Source: Polyangiales bacterium (GTDB lineage Bacteria > Myxococcota_A > Polyangia > Polyangiales > JADJQN01). From it: a DNA stretch of 64,000 nt. The notes beneath the pieces are model-generated. The model had not been told where the DNA came from. It did not search any database and was given only the letters and a program-made list of their open reading frames with translations. Positions 27,947 through 38,601 of this stretch are shown piece after piece. Location of the stretch: NCBI GenBank assembly GCA_964202905.1, contig CAXNJO010000001.1, forward strand, positions 832,001 to 896,000, in the 5' to 3' direction. Numbering within the stretch: the stretch's first letter is position 1; every line of letters starts with the position of its first letter. Made by a program: the position numbers and the translations under genes.

Positions 27947-30693
27947 CCGAGCTCGGGGTCCTCTCGCTCGTGCGCGCCGAGGCGGTGTTCGAGGCGCGTC
28001 GCCGCGCCTTCGAGCTGGTGCGCGCGCTCGGTGGCGCCGAGAGCCACGCGGCCGGTCTCGCGTGCGAGGTGTCCGAGGTGGGGCGCTGGTTCGTCGCGCA
28101 CGCCGAGGCGCCTGCGTTGCACGTGCGCGCGGAGGGAAGCGGGCTCGACGCGCGCCTCGTGCTGCGCTTCGTGTCCGCCGCGCCGCTGCCTCCGTCCGCG
28201 CTCGCGTCGGGGCCTGCCGGCGCGCGGGGCGCGCGGCACGCGTCGTCGACGAACGAGGTCGAGGTGCGCTGCCCGGCGCCGGGCGCGGCGTGGCGCGCCG
28301 ACGAGCTCGACGCGCTCCGCGAGATCCTCGCGCGGCAGACGCGCGACGAGCTCATGGACAGCCTCCGCGCGAACAACACCGCGCTCGCCGAGGCCTCTGC
28401 GCGCGCGGACGCCGCGGCGCAGGCGAAGTCCGATTTCCTTGCGAACATGAGCCACGAGATCCGCACGCCGATGAACGCGATTCTCGGCCTCTGCCACCTC
28501 ACGCTCCGCACCGACCTCGCGCCCCGACAGCGCGATTACCTCGAGAAGATCGATGGTTCTGCGCGGCACCTGCTCGGGATCATCAACGACATCCTCGACT
28601 TCTCGAAGATCGAGGCCGGCAAACTCAGCGTCGAGCAGATCGAGTTCACGCTCGACGAGGTGCTCGAGAACGTCTCCAACCAGATCGCCGAGAAATGCGG
28701 CGCGAAGGGGCTCGAGCTGATCATCGACGTCGATCGCGCGCTGCCGCGCAAGCTGGTCGGCGACCCGATGCGCCTCGGGCAGGTGCTCATCAACTACGCG
28801 AACAACGCGGTGAAGTTCACCGAGCGCGGCGAGATCGCGATCTCGGTGCGCGTCGTCGAGGAGGCCGCCGAGACCCTCGTGCTGCGCTTCGCCGTGCGGG
28901 ACACGGGCATCGGGCTCAGCGAGGAGCAGCGCGCACGCCTGTTCCGCAGCTTCGAGCAGGCCGACTCGTCGACGACCCGCCGTTACGGCGGCACCGGCCT
29001 CGGGCTCGCGATCTCGCGCGGGATCGCCGAGAGCCTCGGCGGCGAGGTCGGCGTCGACAGCGCGCCCGGCGAGGGCTCGACCTTCTGGTTCACGGCGCGA
29101 CTCGGGCGCTGCGCGTCGGAGATCACCGCGCCGGCGATCCTCGCCGCCGACCTGCAGGACCTCGCCGCGCTGGTCGTCGACGATCACGAGCACGCGCGCA
29201 CCGTGCTCCGCGCGCTGCTCGAGGACCTCGGCCTGCGCGTCGACGCGGTCGCGTCGGGCGCGGAAGCGCTCGCGCGGGTCGCGGAGGCGGAGCAGATCGG
29301 CAAGCCGTACGCCTTCATGTTCCTCGACTGGCAGATGCCCGGCATGGACGGACTCGAGGTCGGTCGGCGTCTGCGCGACGCGCAGCTCGCCCGGCCCCCG
29401 ATCACCGTCATGGTGACGGCCTTCGGGCGGGACGACGTCGTCGGCGCGGCGCGGGCCGTGGGCATCGAGGGCATCCTCACGAAGCCGGTCAATCCCTCGA
29501 CGGTCTTCGACTGCGTCGCGCGTGGCCTCGACGCCGCGGGGGCGTCGCGTCGCGTGCCCTCGCCGCGCGCAGGCGATCCGCTCGCCGGGCTGCGCGCCAT
29601 CGCGGGGGCGCGGGTGCTGCTCGTCGAGGACAACGAGCTGAACCAGGAGGTCGCGACCGCGCTGCTCGGGCAGGCGGGCCTCGTCGTGGACGTGGCCGGT
29701 GACGGGCGCGTCGCCGTCGAGGCCGTGCAGCGCACGGCGTACGACGTCGTGCTCATGGACATGCACATGCCCGTGATGGACGGGCTCGCCGCGACCCGCG
29801 CCATCCGCGCGCTGCCCGGCTTCGGTGCGCTGCCCATCATCGCGATGACCGCGAACGTCATGAAGGGCGACCGCGAACGCTGCCTCGAGGCCGGCATGAA
29901 CGCGCACGTCGCCAAGCCGATCGAGCCGGCCGACCTCTGCGCGACCCTCCTCGCCTGGGTGGCGCCGCGCCCCGGTCTCGGTGCGTCGCCGGGCATCGAC
30001 ACGCCGCGCGACGCCGTCGGCGTGCGCGAATCGACACCCTCTCCGGAGATGGTCTCGTCGGTGCCGTCCGGAGCGCCGGCGGATGGCGAGTCGGACGCGC
30101 GCATCGCCGCCGCGCGGGCCGCGGGGCTCGACGTCGAGGGCGCGCTGCGCAGGCTCCTCGGCGACCACCGGCTCTATGCGTCGATGCTGCGCCGCTTCGC
30201 CGAGCGGCAGCGTGAGTTCGCGGCGCAGCTCGCGGCCGCGCTCGAAGCGGGCGACCTCGGGGGCGCCGAGCGGCTCGCGCACACCCTGAAGGGGCTCGCC
30301 GGCAACCTCGGCGCGGCGGATCTCGGACGGGAGGCGGGCGCGCTCGAGGCGCTCCTGCGCGATCGGGCGCCGCGCGATTCCGTCGAGGTCCAGGGCGCGC
30401 GCGCGTCCGTCTGTCTCGACGAGCTGCTCGCGCAGCTCGCCCTGCCGTCCGACGCCGCGTCCCCGTTGTTGGCGCCCGAGCCCGTCGACGTCGCCGCGCT
30501 CGCCGAGGTCACCGCGCGTCTCCGCGCGCTCCTCGACGAGGCGGACGCGGAGGCGATCGACGTGTTCACGACGCACGCGTCGCTCTTCCGCGCGGGCTAC
30601 CCGGCGCAGTTCGCCGCGCTCTCCGCGGCCGCCGACGCCTTCGACACCGACGCGCTGCTCGACGCGCTGCGGGCCGCCGTCCCCGCGGCGTGA
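27943..30693 (+). CDS. Hybrid histidine kinase (RsbT-like N-domain, HisKA, HATPase, 2 REC, HPt)
   Basis: [27 protein letters not shown], two REC domains (FLDWQMP; LMDMHMP), AHTLKG HPt; ATGA overlap. Confidence 0.93.
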   Translation: MTELGVLSLVRAEAVFEARRRAFELVRALGGAESHAAGLACEVSEVGRWFVAHAEAPALHVRAEGSGLDARLVLRFVSAAPLPPSALASGPAGARGARHASSTNEVEVRCPAPGAAWRADELDALREILARQTRDELMDSLRANNTALAEASARADAAAQAKSDFLANMSHEIRTPMNAILGLCHLTLRTDLAPRQRDYLEKIDGSARHLLGIINDILDFSKIEAGKLSVEQIEFTLDEVLENVSNQIAEKCGAKGLELIIDVDRALPRKLVGDPMRLGQVLINYANNAVKFTERGEIAISVRVVEEAAETLVLRFAVRDTGIGLSEEQRARLFRSFEQADSSTTRRYGGTGLGLAISRGIAESLGGEVGVDSAPGEGSTFWFTARLGRCASEITAPAILAADLQDLAALVVDDHEHARTVLRALLEDLGLRVDAVASGAEALARVAEAEQIGKPYAFMFLDWQMPGMDGLEVGRRLRDAQLARPPITVMVTAFGRDDVVGAARAVGIEGILTKPVNPSTVFDCVARGLDAAGASRRVPSPRAGDPLAGLRAIAGARVLLVEDNELNQEVATALLGQAGLVVDVAGDGRVAVEAVQRTAYDVVLMDMHMPVMDGLAATRAIRALPGFGALPIIAMTANVMKGDRERCLEAGMNAHVAKPIEPADLCATLLAWVAPRPGLGASPGIDTPRDAVGVRESTPSPEMVSSVPSGAPADGESDARIAAARAAGLDVEGALRRLLGDHRLYASMLRRFAERQREFAAQLAAALEAGDLGGAERLAHTLKGLAGNLGAADLGREAGALEALLRDRAPRDSVEVQGARASVCLDELLAQLALPSDAASPLLAPEPVDVAALAEVTARLRALLDEADAEAIDVFTTHASLFRAGYPAQFAALSAAADAFDTDALLDALRAAVPAA

Positions 30694-30764
30694 GCGCGCG
30701 CCACGGGGCCGCGCGCGCGGCTGGTCGCGGCGTCCCCGGCGTGTACGTGCGGGGCGGAGGCACG

Positions 30765-31058
30765 ATGGCCACGTCACACCCGACCGATCTCGAGAGGGGC
30801 CCGTTCTGCCAGAGCTGCGGGATGCCGATGAAGCGCCCCGAGGACTTCGCGACGGGCGTCGAGGGCTACCGCGTCAACGACGACTGCACGTTCTGCTTCG
30901 ACGCGGGCGGCTTCACCGATCCGTCGTTGACGATGCGCCAGATGATCGAGAAGTGCGTGCCGATGATGATGCGCAGCGGCATGCCCGAGCCCCAGGCGCG
31001 CGGGCTCATGGAGACCGTCATGCCGAAGCTGCGCCGCTGGCAGCAGCCCGAGCGCTGA
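30765..31058 (+). CDS. Zinc-ribbon domain protein (zf-ribbon_2-like)
   Basis: FCQSCGMP...CTFC..GGFT.P...PKLRRW. Confidence 0.85.
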   Translation: MATSHPTDLERGPFCQSCGMPMKRPEDFATGVEGYRVNDDCTFCFDAGGFTDPSLTMRQMIEKCVPMMMRSGMPEPQARGLMETVMPKLRRWQQPER

Positions 31059-31079
31059 CGCGCGCCGCGCGCGATCGCG

Positions 31080-31880
31080 TCACGCGCGACGCAACACGAG
31101 GATCGCGTCGTCGAGCGCGTAGCGCGCGGCGTGCGCGTCGCCGCGGCTCAGATATGGCGCGCGCGCGAGTCGCTCGACGCAGAGCCCGAGCGGCGCGAGC
31201 ACGTGCGTGACGAGCGCCGCGACCGCGGGCTCCCAGTCGCGCGCGTCGTCGTCGGTCGGGAGCACCTCCTCGGCGTCGACGGTCCCGCCCGCGACGTGCA
31301 CGTGCGTCGAGAGCGGCAGCGGCGTCGCGACGAGCAGCCGTCCGTCGTCCGCGACGAGCGCGCACGCACGCTCGAGCAGCGTGAGCGGGCGCCGCGCGCG
31401 GTCGAGCACGTGCAGCAGCGCGACGACGTCGAAGCGTGCGTGCGCCCCGGCGGGCAAAGGCGCCTCCGCGAGATCGAGCGCGTGGCACGCGTAGCCCCGC
31501 GCGCGCAGTCGCCGCGCCATGCCGCGGGAGGTCTCGGTCGCCGTCACGCCATGGAAGAGCGGCGCGAGCGCGGCCGTGACGTCGCCCGAGCCCGCGCCGA
31601 CGTCGAGCAGCGTCCCGTGCGCGCGCGGCCCGAGCAGCGTGCGCCACTGCGCGGTGGAGAGCAGGTGCATCGGATAGAAGCCGAGCAGCGCGTTGGCGTC
31701 GTAGTCGCTGAGCCACGCGGCGAGCGCGTCGCGGGCATGCGTCGCGAACCGGCCATGCGGCGGTCGGGCGAGGAAGGCCCGCGTCTCCGCGTCGGGCGCG
31801 AGCGGGACGAAGGCGCGCGCGAGCGCCGTAGGGAGCCTCGCGAGGTCGCAGTCGTAGCGGTGCGGGGCGGCGGATTCCAC
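31080..31880 (-). CDS. METTL9/DREV-like class I SAM methyltransferase
   Basis: NALLG..PM, LLDVGAGSGDVT, ATETS..M, HVLDR..P..LL, PYLSRGD, LDDA; start uncertain. Confidence 0.8.
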   Translation of the reverse strand: MESAAPHRYDCDLARLPTALARAFVPLAPDAETRAFLARPPHGRFATHARDALAAWLSDYDANALLGFYPMHLLSTAQWRTLLGPRAHGTLLDVGAGSGDVTAALAPLFHGVTATETSRGMARRLRARGYACHALDLAEAPLPAGAHARFDVVALLHVLDRARRPLTLLERACALVADDGRLLVATPLPLSTHVHVAGGTVDAEEVLPTDDDARDWEPAVAALVTHVLAPLGLCVERLARAPYLSRGDAHAARYALDDAILVLRRA

Positions 31881-32025
31881 GGCGCGCGGGTTGGGTCGCG
31901 CCGACCGGCGGCGACCTGGGGCGGAGCATGTGACGCGTCGCGTGCGACGGCGAGCGCCGCGGCGGGTGGTGCCGGCGCGCGCAGCGGTGCAGAACCTCCG
32001 GGCGGGCCGCGCGTCCAATCCCGTC

Positions 32026-32874
32026 ATGCCCCCCATGCCCCTCACCCGCGTCGGGCCCGCTGCCCCCCAGCGCTGCGCGCGCCCACCCGCGCCCACGCCC
32101 ACGCTTGGCCTGGCGCTCGTGCTCCTGCTCGCCGTGCTCGGCCCCGTCGTCCCCGTGCGCGCCGACGAGACCCGAGACGCCGCCGCGCCGCCCGAGTCCG
32201 ATTCGCTCCCCGCCTCGGTGCACCGCCTCGCGATCGAGGCGCGCCCGGCGCCCGCCTTTGCGTCCGCGTCCGCCCCGACGCGGGCCGGCCAGCGCGTGCT
32301 CGACACGCTCGCCCGCGTGCGCGCGCAGCTGCGCACCACGCGCTACCAGCACGTCACCGCGGTGCGCGAGCGGACCGGTGACTTCGCCTGGGATTGTTCG
32401 GGCATGGCCGCATGGGTGCTCTCCCGCGCGGCGCCGCGTGCGCTCGGCGCGATCGCCCGGGGCCGCCCCGTGGCGCGCGACTTCCACCGCGTGATCGCGC
32501 GGGCGCCCGTGGGTCGTGCGCGCGGCGGCTGGCAGCGCCTCGCGTCGATCGGCGACGCGCGACCGGGAGACGTGTTCGCGTGGGTGCGCCCGTCGGACTG
32601 GCCGCCGCGGAACACCGGGCACGTGGGCTTCGTGCTCGCGCCGCCCGCGCCGGTGCCGTGGATCGCGGGCGCGTGGGTCGTGCGGATCGCGGACGCGACC
32701 AGCGTCGGGCATCAGGACGACACGCGCGCGGAGGACCCCGACGGCGGCTACGGCGAGGGCACGCTGATGTTCTTCACCGAGCCGACGGGGCGCGTGACGG
32801 CGTACGCGTGGCACGGCACGCTCTCGTCGGCGGCGGTCGCGACGGACATCGTCTTCGGTCGCCTCGTCCGCTGA
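32026..32874 (+). CDS. Secreted NlpC/P60-like (papain-fold) Cys hydrolase
   Basis: Signal/TM segment; WDCSG, RPGDVFAW, NTGHVG. Confidence 0.7.
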   Translation: MPPMPLTRVGPAAPQRCARPPAPTPTLGLALVLLLAVLGPVVPVRADETRDAAAPPESDSLPASVHRLAIEARPAPAFASASAPTRAGQRVLDTLARVRAQLRTTRYQHVTAVRERTGDFAWDCSGMAAWVLSRAAPRALGAIARGRPVARDFHRVIARAPVGRARGGWQRLASIGDARPGDVFAWVRPSDWPPRNTGHVGFVLAPPAPVPWIAGAWVVRIADATSVGHQDDTRAEDPDGGYGEGTLMFFTEPTGRVTAYAWHGTLSSAAVATDIVFGRLVR

Positions 32875-32878
32875 AGCT

Positions 32879-32909
32879 CACGATCTCTTTGTTTTACAAG
32901 GAGATCGTG
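32879..32909. terminator. AT-rich 14-bp stem hairpin (terminator or RNA-processing site)
   Basis: CACGATCTCTTTGT-TTT-ACAAGGAGATCGTG, 4 nt after the stop at 32874; no U-tract. Confidence 0.5.
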
Positions 32910-32988
32910 GCATCTCGACCGCACCGCCACCCGCCTCGCGGCCCGGCCCCCCAGGACGTCGCGCACGGACCCCGGACCCGCTCACCCC

Positions 32989-33810
32989 ATGTGCACCATC
33001 GTCCTGCTCGTCGACGCGCACCCGCGTTACCCCGTGCTCGTCGCCGCCAACCGCGACGAGTTCCATGCGCGCGCCGCCGACGGGCCGCGCGTCCTCGTCC
33101 CCGCGACGCGCGCCGTGGGCGGGCGGGACGCGCTGGCGGGCGGCACGTGGATGGGGGTGAGCGCACGGGGGTTGTTCGCGGGCCTGACGAACCAGCGCAC
33201 CGGGGAAGGGCCCGCCCCGGGGCTGCGTTCGCGCGGGGAGGTCCCGCTCGGCGTGCTCGCGTGCCGCGGCGTCGACGAGGCGCTCGCCTACGTGCGTGGC
33301 CTCGACGCGCGCGATTACAACGACTTCAACCTCGTCTTCGGCGACGCGACGGGCCTGCACTGCGCCTACGCGCGGCGCGACGCGCGCACGATCCCCGTCG
33401 AGCGCGTGCCCCCGGGCGCGCACGTGCTCTCCAACGACGTGCTCGACGCGCCGACGCTCCCGAAGGCCCAGCGCGCGCAGGCCCACGCGCGACGCGTCGC
33501 CGCCGCCCTCGACGCGTCCGGCGCGTCGGGCCCCGCGGACGACGACGCGCTCTTCGCGGGGCTGCGCGGCGTGCTCGCGAGCCACGAGCGGGTCCCGCTC
33601 GAGGCGTTGCCGGAGCCGCCGCCCGGCGCGCGGATCGATCGGGCGCTCGCCCACGCGCTCGACGCGGTGTGCGTGCACACCCCGCTCTACGGCACGCGCT
33701 CGGCGACGATCGCGGCGCTCGCGCCCGGGGGCATCGCGCACTATCTCTTCGCCGCGGGACCGCCATGCACGACGCCCTTCGACGACCACACCGCGCTCTT
33801 GCTTGCCTGA
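32989..33810 (+). CDS. NRDE/TANGO2 family protein
   Basis: MCTI..., AANRDEF, GRD..AGGTW, SRG, YGTRS. Confidence 0.93.
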   Translation: MCTIVLLVDAHPRYPVLVAANRDEFHARAADGPRVLVPATRAVGGRDALAGGTWMGVSARGLFAGLTNQRTGEGPAPGLRSRGEVPLGVLACRGVDEALAYVRGLDARDYNDFNLVFGDATGLHCAYARRDARTIPVERVPPGAHVLSNDVLDAPTLPKAQRAQAHARRVAAALDASGASGPADDDALFAGLRGVLASHERVPLEALPEPPPGARIDRALAHALDAVCVHTPLYGTRSATIAALAPGGIAHYLFAAGPPCTTPFDDHTALLLA

Positions 33811-34289
33811 TCGCGCTGCTCGCGGTGGCCGTCGCGGCGGGCTGCGACGCGTGCGGCGGCGTCGCGCCGACCGCAGCCGTCGACGCGGGACACGGCCCCG
33901 GCCCCTGGCTCGTGCGCAGCGAGGAGACGCTCACGATCGCGCTCGCGGAGGCGCACGAGGAGGCCGCGCAGCGGGGGCGCCGCGTGCTGCTCGCCTTCGT
34001 CGGATTCGGGGACCCGGACAGCGAGGCCGTCGTCCGCGCCCTCGCGTCCCCCGCTGCGCGCGCCGCGCTCGCGGCGCGCTACGTGCCGGTCTTCGTCAAC
34101 GTCGGTCGCGACTGCGACGGCCACGCCCGCCTGCGCCACGCGCACGACGTACGCCGCCTCGCGACGCTCGTCGTGCTCGAGGCGCGCGGGCGCCGCGTCG
34201 CGCGCCAGACCTTCTCGCCCGTGAGCGCGCTGCGGCCGCTGTCGCCCGAGGCGCTCGCGGCCTGGCTCGACGCGCCCCGAGGCCGCTGA
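33765..34289 (+). CDS. Thioredoxin-fold exported protein lacking CxxC
   Basis: A..A...GRRVLLAFVGFGDPDS...YVPVFVNVG...TLVVL pattern; start uncertain. Confidence 0.6.
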   Translation: MHDALRRPHRALACLIALLAVAVAAGCDACGGVAPTAAVDAGHGPGPWLVRSEETLTIALAEAHEEAAQRGRRVLLAFVGFGDPDSEAVVRALASPAARAALAARYVPVFVNVGRDCDGHARLRHAHDVRRLATLVVLEARGRRVARQTFSPVSALRPLSPEALAAWLDAPRGR

Positions 34290-34313
34290 GGCCCACGGGG
34301 CGCGCGTCACGCA

Positions 34314-35261
34314 TCAGCTCGTCGGGGGCGGCGGGGGGGGGCTGTAGAGGCCGCAGATCGCGGCGACGCACGCCCCGTCGCGGCACTGGTCGCTCCCGCA
34401 GTCGCTGTCTGCCATGCACGCCGCGCCGATCGCGGCGTTGCTCGGCGTCGCACACGTCTGACCCATCGTGTCGCCCCGGCAGAAGGCGCTGTCGCACTCC
34501 TCGTCGCCGTCGCACGTCGCGCCGTTGGCCAGCTTCGGCGCGCAGACGTCCATCGCGCAGAGGCTGCTCGCGCAATCGGTCCGGTTCGCGCAGGCCGCGC
34601 CGTTCGCGAGCCGCGCCGCGCACGTGCCGGTGGTCGCGCCCATCGCGATGTCGCAGCGGAGGAGGATGTCCGGGTCGTCGAAGCCCGTGAAGGGCGCGGA
34701 CGTGTTCGCGCAGAGGAAGGGGATGTCCATCCCGCAGGCGGCGCCGGGCCCGGCGAGCCCGATGCAGACGTTGCCGGTGCCCGTCTCCTGACAGAGGCCG
34801 GTGGCGCACTCGCCGCCGATGGGCGTGTTCGCCGTCGCGCACGCCCCGCCCGGCATCGTCGTGCCGCGGAAGGTGCCGCCGAACGAGATCAGATCCGAGA
34901 ACGTCCATCCGAGCTCGACGAGCGGGTTCTCGCAGGAGGTGCTCGACCGCACCCGCGCGAAGAACGCGCCCGCGGACGCGGCGTCGTAGGTCACCTTGCC
35001 GGACGCGATCCGCGCGCGCGTCTCGGTGCCGAGGATGCCTTCGGCCCGGCCGCAGGTCTCGGTGAGGTCCGCACGGCAGTCCGCGTCGGCGGTGGGGCTG
35101 CAATCACAACGGGCGATGCGGTCGCAGAACGAATCGACGAACTCCGTGCAGAAGGCGTCGGCCGCGACGGGCGGGCTGCTCGGCGTGCGGTCGTCGTCGT
35201 CGCCGCAGCCGACGAGGGCGAGGGCAGCGAGGAGGGCGGTCAGGGAGATCCGGAAGCGCAT
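34314..35261 (-). CDS. Cys-rich lipoprotein
   Basis: Lipobox LVGC; repeated G.AC...DC.S..C...C units. Confidence 0.8.
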   Translation of the reverse strand: MRFRISLTALLAALALVGCGDDDDRTPSSPPVAADAFCTEFVDSFCDRIARCDCSPTADADCRADLTETCGRAEGILGTETRARIASGKVTYDAASAGAFFARVRSSTSCENPLVELGWTFSDLISFGGTFRGTTMPGGACATANTPIGGECATGLCQETGTGNVCIGLAGPGAACGMDIPFLCANTSAPFTGFDDPDILLRCDIAMGATTGTCAARLANGAACANRTDCASSLCAMDVCAPKLANGATCDGDEECDSAFCRGDTMGQTCATPSNAAIGAACMADSDCGSDQCRDGACVAAICGLYSPPPPPPTS

Positions 35262-35398
35262 GGGAGGGGCTCTCTGCGCGCGGGCGCGCGCGGTGGGGTC
35301 TCTGCGCGGAGCGCGCAGCGCGGGCACGATCGCGCATCCCGCGAAAAGGCGCAAAATACAGGGTTTTGGCGGCTCCTGCCGCCTATACTCCGCCGCGC

Positions 35399-37447
35399 AT
35401 GCGCGCCCTTCGTCTCGCTCCGTGCTCGTTCACGCTGCCCGTCCTCGTCGCCGCCGCGCTCGCGGGCTGCGGCGCCGCCCCCGCCCCCGCCCGCTGCCCT
35501 GCGCCCGCCGCGCCGCCCGCCGCGCCGCCTGCCGCGCCGCCCGAGGCCCCCGCGCCCGACACCGGCGCACCCACGCCCACGGCCGAGGCGACGCTCGTCA
35601 CCGAGGGCATCCCCGAGGCGAGCGCGGCTTTTCGCGCCGACCTCGCGCCGTGGCTCGATTCGCGCAACGCCTTCGTCGAGTCCATCACGGAAGATGGCAG
35701 CGCGATGCTCGTCTCGACGCGCTTCGCGAACACCTATCAGCTCCACGTCGTGCGGCGTCCCGGCGGCGCGCGCACGCAGGTGACCTTCCTGCCGGAGCCC
35801 GTCGAGGGCGGCACCTTCGTCCCCGGCGCGCCCGGCGCGATCGTCTACGCGACGGATGTCGGCGGCAGCGAGGACACGCAGCTCTACCGCCTCGAGCTCG
35901 CGACGGGCGCGACCACGCGCCTCACCGACGGCACGAGCCGTCACCTCGGCTTCGTCTTCGCAGAGGCCGGCGATCAGCTCGCGTTCTCCGGCAATGCGCG
36001 CAACGGCCGCGACATGGACGTGTACGTGGGCGACGGCCGCACGCAGGCCTCGGCGCGCCTCGTCGTCGAGGGCACGGGCCAGTGGACGCCCGAGGCCTTC
36101 TCGCCCGACGGCAAGAAGCTGCTCGTCGCCGAGTACGTCTCCATCAACGACTCGCGCCTGCACGTGGTCGACCTCGCGACGCGGCAGGTCACGCGCGTCA
36201 CGCCGCCCGAGCCCGTCGCCGCGTACCGCGCGGCGGTGTTCTCGCGCGACGGCCGCACGCTCTACGTGACGAGCGACCGCGAGGGTGACTTCGTCGAGCT
36301 CTACGAGCTCACGCTCGCGACGGGCACCTTCCGCCCGCTCACGCGCGATCTGCGCTGGAACGTCGAGGAACTCGCCCTCTCGCCCGATGGGCGCGCTCTC
36401 ATGTTCACCATCAACGAGGATGGCTACGGCGCGCTCCACGCGCTCGACACGCGCACGCGCCGCCACGCGCCCGTCGCGCTGCCGGGCGCACCGCGCGGCG
36501 TGATCTCCGGCCTGCACTACGCCGCGCGCACCGATCGCCTCGCCTTCACGCTCAACGCGCCGACGGCGCCCGGCGATGCGTACTCGCGCGACGGCCGCAC
36601 GGGCCGCGTCGAGCGCTGGACGGAGACGGAGGTCGGCGGGCTCGATCGGTCGCGCTTCGTCGCGCCCGAGCAGGTGCGCTTCCGCAGCGTCGACGGCCGC
36701 GAGATCCCCTGCGCCTATTACCGCCCCGCGGGCGCGGGCCCGTTCCCCGTCGTGCTCGACGTGCACGGCGGCCCCGAGGCGCAGGCGCGCCCGCTCTTCA
36801 ACCCGGTGCGGCAGTACCTCGTCGCGCGCGCGGGCGTCGCCGTGCTCGTGCCGAACGTCCGTGGCTCGGACGGCTACGGCAAGTCGTATTTGCTCCTCGA
36901 CAACGGCGAGCGGCGCGAGGACTCGGTGCGCGATCTCGGCGCGCTGCTCGATTGGGTCGGCACCCGCCCCGAGCTCGACGCCGCGCGCGTCGGCATCTAC
37001 GGCGGCTCGTACGGCGGCTACATGGTGCTCGCCGCGCTCGCGACGTATCCCGAGCGCCTGCGCGCCGGCGTCGACATGGTCGGCATCGCGAACTTCGTGA
37101 CCTTCCTCGAGAACACCGCGCCCTACCGCCGCGACCTGCGCCGCGCCGAGTACGGCGACGAGCGCGAGCCCGCGATGCGCGCCCTGCTCACGCGCATCTC
37201 GCCGGTGACGAACGCCGCGCGCATCCGCAGCGCGCTCTTCGTCGCGCACGGGGCGAACGACCCGCGCGTGCCCGTCGGCGAGGCCGAGCAGATCGTGCGC
37301 GCGGTGCGCGGCAACGGGCTCGACGTCTGGTACATGCTCGCCCGCAACGAGGGCCACGGCTTCGACAAGAAGGAGAACCGCGACGCCTTCGCCTCCGCGT
37401 GGGTGCGGTTCTTCCTCGACAAACTGGGCGTCCCGCCGCGCGGGTGA
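35399..37447 (+). CDS. S9 (prolyl oligopeptidase family) serine peptidase lipoprotein
   Basis: Lipobox LAGC; beta-propeller repeats; HGGP, GGSYGG, ANDPRV, EGHGF. Confidence 0.93.
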   Translation: MRALRLAPCSFTLPVLVAAALAGCGAAPAPARCPAPAAPPAAPPAAPPEAPAPDTGAPTPTAEATLVTEGIPEASAAFRADLAPWLDSRNAFVESITEDGSAMLVSTRFANTYQLHVVRRPGGARTQVTFLPEPVEGGTFVPGAPGAIVYATDVGGSEDTQLYRLELATGATTRLTDGTSRHLGFVFAEAGDQLAFSGNARNGRDMDVYVGDGRTQASARLVVEGTGQWTPEAFSPDGKKLLVAEYVSINDSRLHVVDLATRQVTRVTPPEPVAAYRAAVFSRDGRTLYVTSDREGDFVELYELTLATGTFRPLTRDLRWNVEELALSPDGRALMFTINEDGYGALHALDTRTRRHAPVALPGAPRGVISGLHYAARTDRLAFTLNAPTAPGDAYSRDGRTGRVERWTETEVGGLDRSRFVAPEQVRFRSVDGREIPCAYYRPAGAGPFPVVLDVHGGPEAQARPLFNPVRQYLVARAGVAVLVPNVRGSDGYGKSYLLLDNGERREDSVRDLGALLDWVGTRPELDAARVGIYGGSYGGYMVLAALATYPERLRAGVDMVGIANFVTFLENTAPYRRDLRRAEYGDEREPAMRALLTRISPVTNAARIRSALFVAHGANDPRVPVGEAEQIVRAVRGNGLDVWYMLARNEGHGFDKKENRDAFASAWVRFFLDKLGVPPRG

Positions 37448-37511
37448 ATCGCAGTTCAGTCACCCGCACCCAGGCGTCGCGCCTCAGTCACCTGCACAGA
37501 GGCGCCGCGTC

Positions 37512-38450
37512 TCAGTCACCCGCGCCGAAGACCGACAGCTGCACGAGCTCTCCGTCGAGCACGACGCCGGCGCCCTCGAGGTCCGGCGCGCAGACGCGCA
37601 CCTCCTCACCGAGCCCGACCGCGGCCGCGGAGAGCGTCGCGGGGGTGGCGAGGAGCCGCGCGAGCGCGCGGGCCGTCTCTTCGAGGGTCGGGGGCGGCTC
37701 GTCCTCCGCGTCGAGCGCCTCGAGCGCGTGACCGCTCACCACGCGCGGATGGAGCGACGCCCAGGCCGCCGGCTGCGAGACGAGATCGAGCGCGAGGAAG
37801 CGTCCACCGAGCCACGCGATCAGGCCGATCTGGCCCTCGCGCAGGCGGAGCGCGTCGCGCATCTCCGCGAGGCGCTCCCGATTGGACTCGAAGATCGCCG
37901 TCATCGCGCCCGTCGGGTTGATTTGCGTGTGGCGGGCCGAGCGCTTCGCGACGTCGGACCACACGCCCTGCTGGTCGGTGATGTAGCTGGCGCCGCGCGC
38001 GCGGGACTCGCTCACCATGCCCGTGAGCGTGCGGCGCAGGCCCGTGTAGGCGACCTGCTGCGAGGACTTGAAGGCGTCGCGCTCGCCGCCCGCGCTCCAG
38101 CGGCCGCGCTCGATGCAGCTCACGGGCAGCGCGGTGCTCGTGCCCGCGGGCGCGACGAGCGAGGCGTTCACGACGCGGTTCTGCTTGGCGCCGACGACCT
38201 CTTCCCCCGCGAAGAGCAGCACGGGTGCGCCAGGCGGCGCGTCGAAGCGCAGGAGGTTCACGTCGGCCGGCGCGGTCTCGTGCAGCGTGCCGCCGCGCGT
38301 GAGCGCGTCGGGCAGCAGCGTGAACGCGACGCGCCCCGGCGCCGCGAAGAGCGGAAACGCGGCCAGCGGACCGACGTGCAGCGGCTCGCCGAGCGCGAGG
38401 CCTGCGGGCAGCAGCGACGTGAGCGGACGCGACGCGACGGGCTGGTTCAT
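37512..38450 (-). CDS. ARPP-1/DUF6569-like protein
   Basis: [29 protein letters not shown]. Confidence 0.8.
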   Translation of the reverse strand: MNQPVASRPLTSLLPAGLALGEPLHVGPLAAFPLFAAPGRVAFTLLPDALTRGGTLHETAPADVNLLRFDAPPGAPVLLFAGEEVVGAKQNRVVNASLVAPAGTSTALPVSCIERGRWSAGGERDAFKSSQQVAYTGLRRTLTGMVSESRARGASYITDQQGVWSDVAKRSARHTQINPTGAMTAIFESNRERLAEMRDALRLREGQIGLIAWLGGRFLALDLVSQPAAWASLHPRVVSGHALEALDAEDEPPPTLEETARALARLLATPATLSAAAVGLGEEVRVCAPDLEGAGVVLDGELVQLSVFGAGD

Positions 38451-38601
38451 GTCCGAGAAGACGCGGCGGGCGGTGCCCCACTGACACGCACCGCTGGAAT
38501 GAACGGCGGTTCAGTCGTGGTCGACGTTCGTCGCGCCGCCGTGCGACGCGACCGCGCGAAGCCGTGGACGGCGCGGGCCCGGCTCCGCGATACTGCGCGC
38601 C

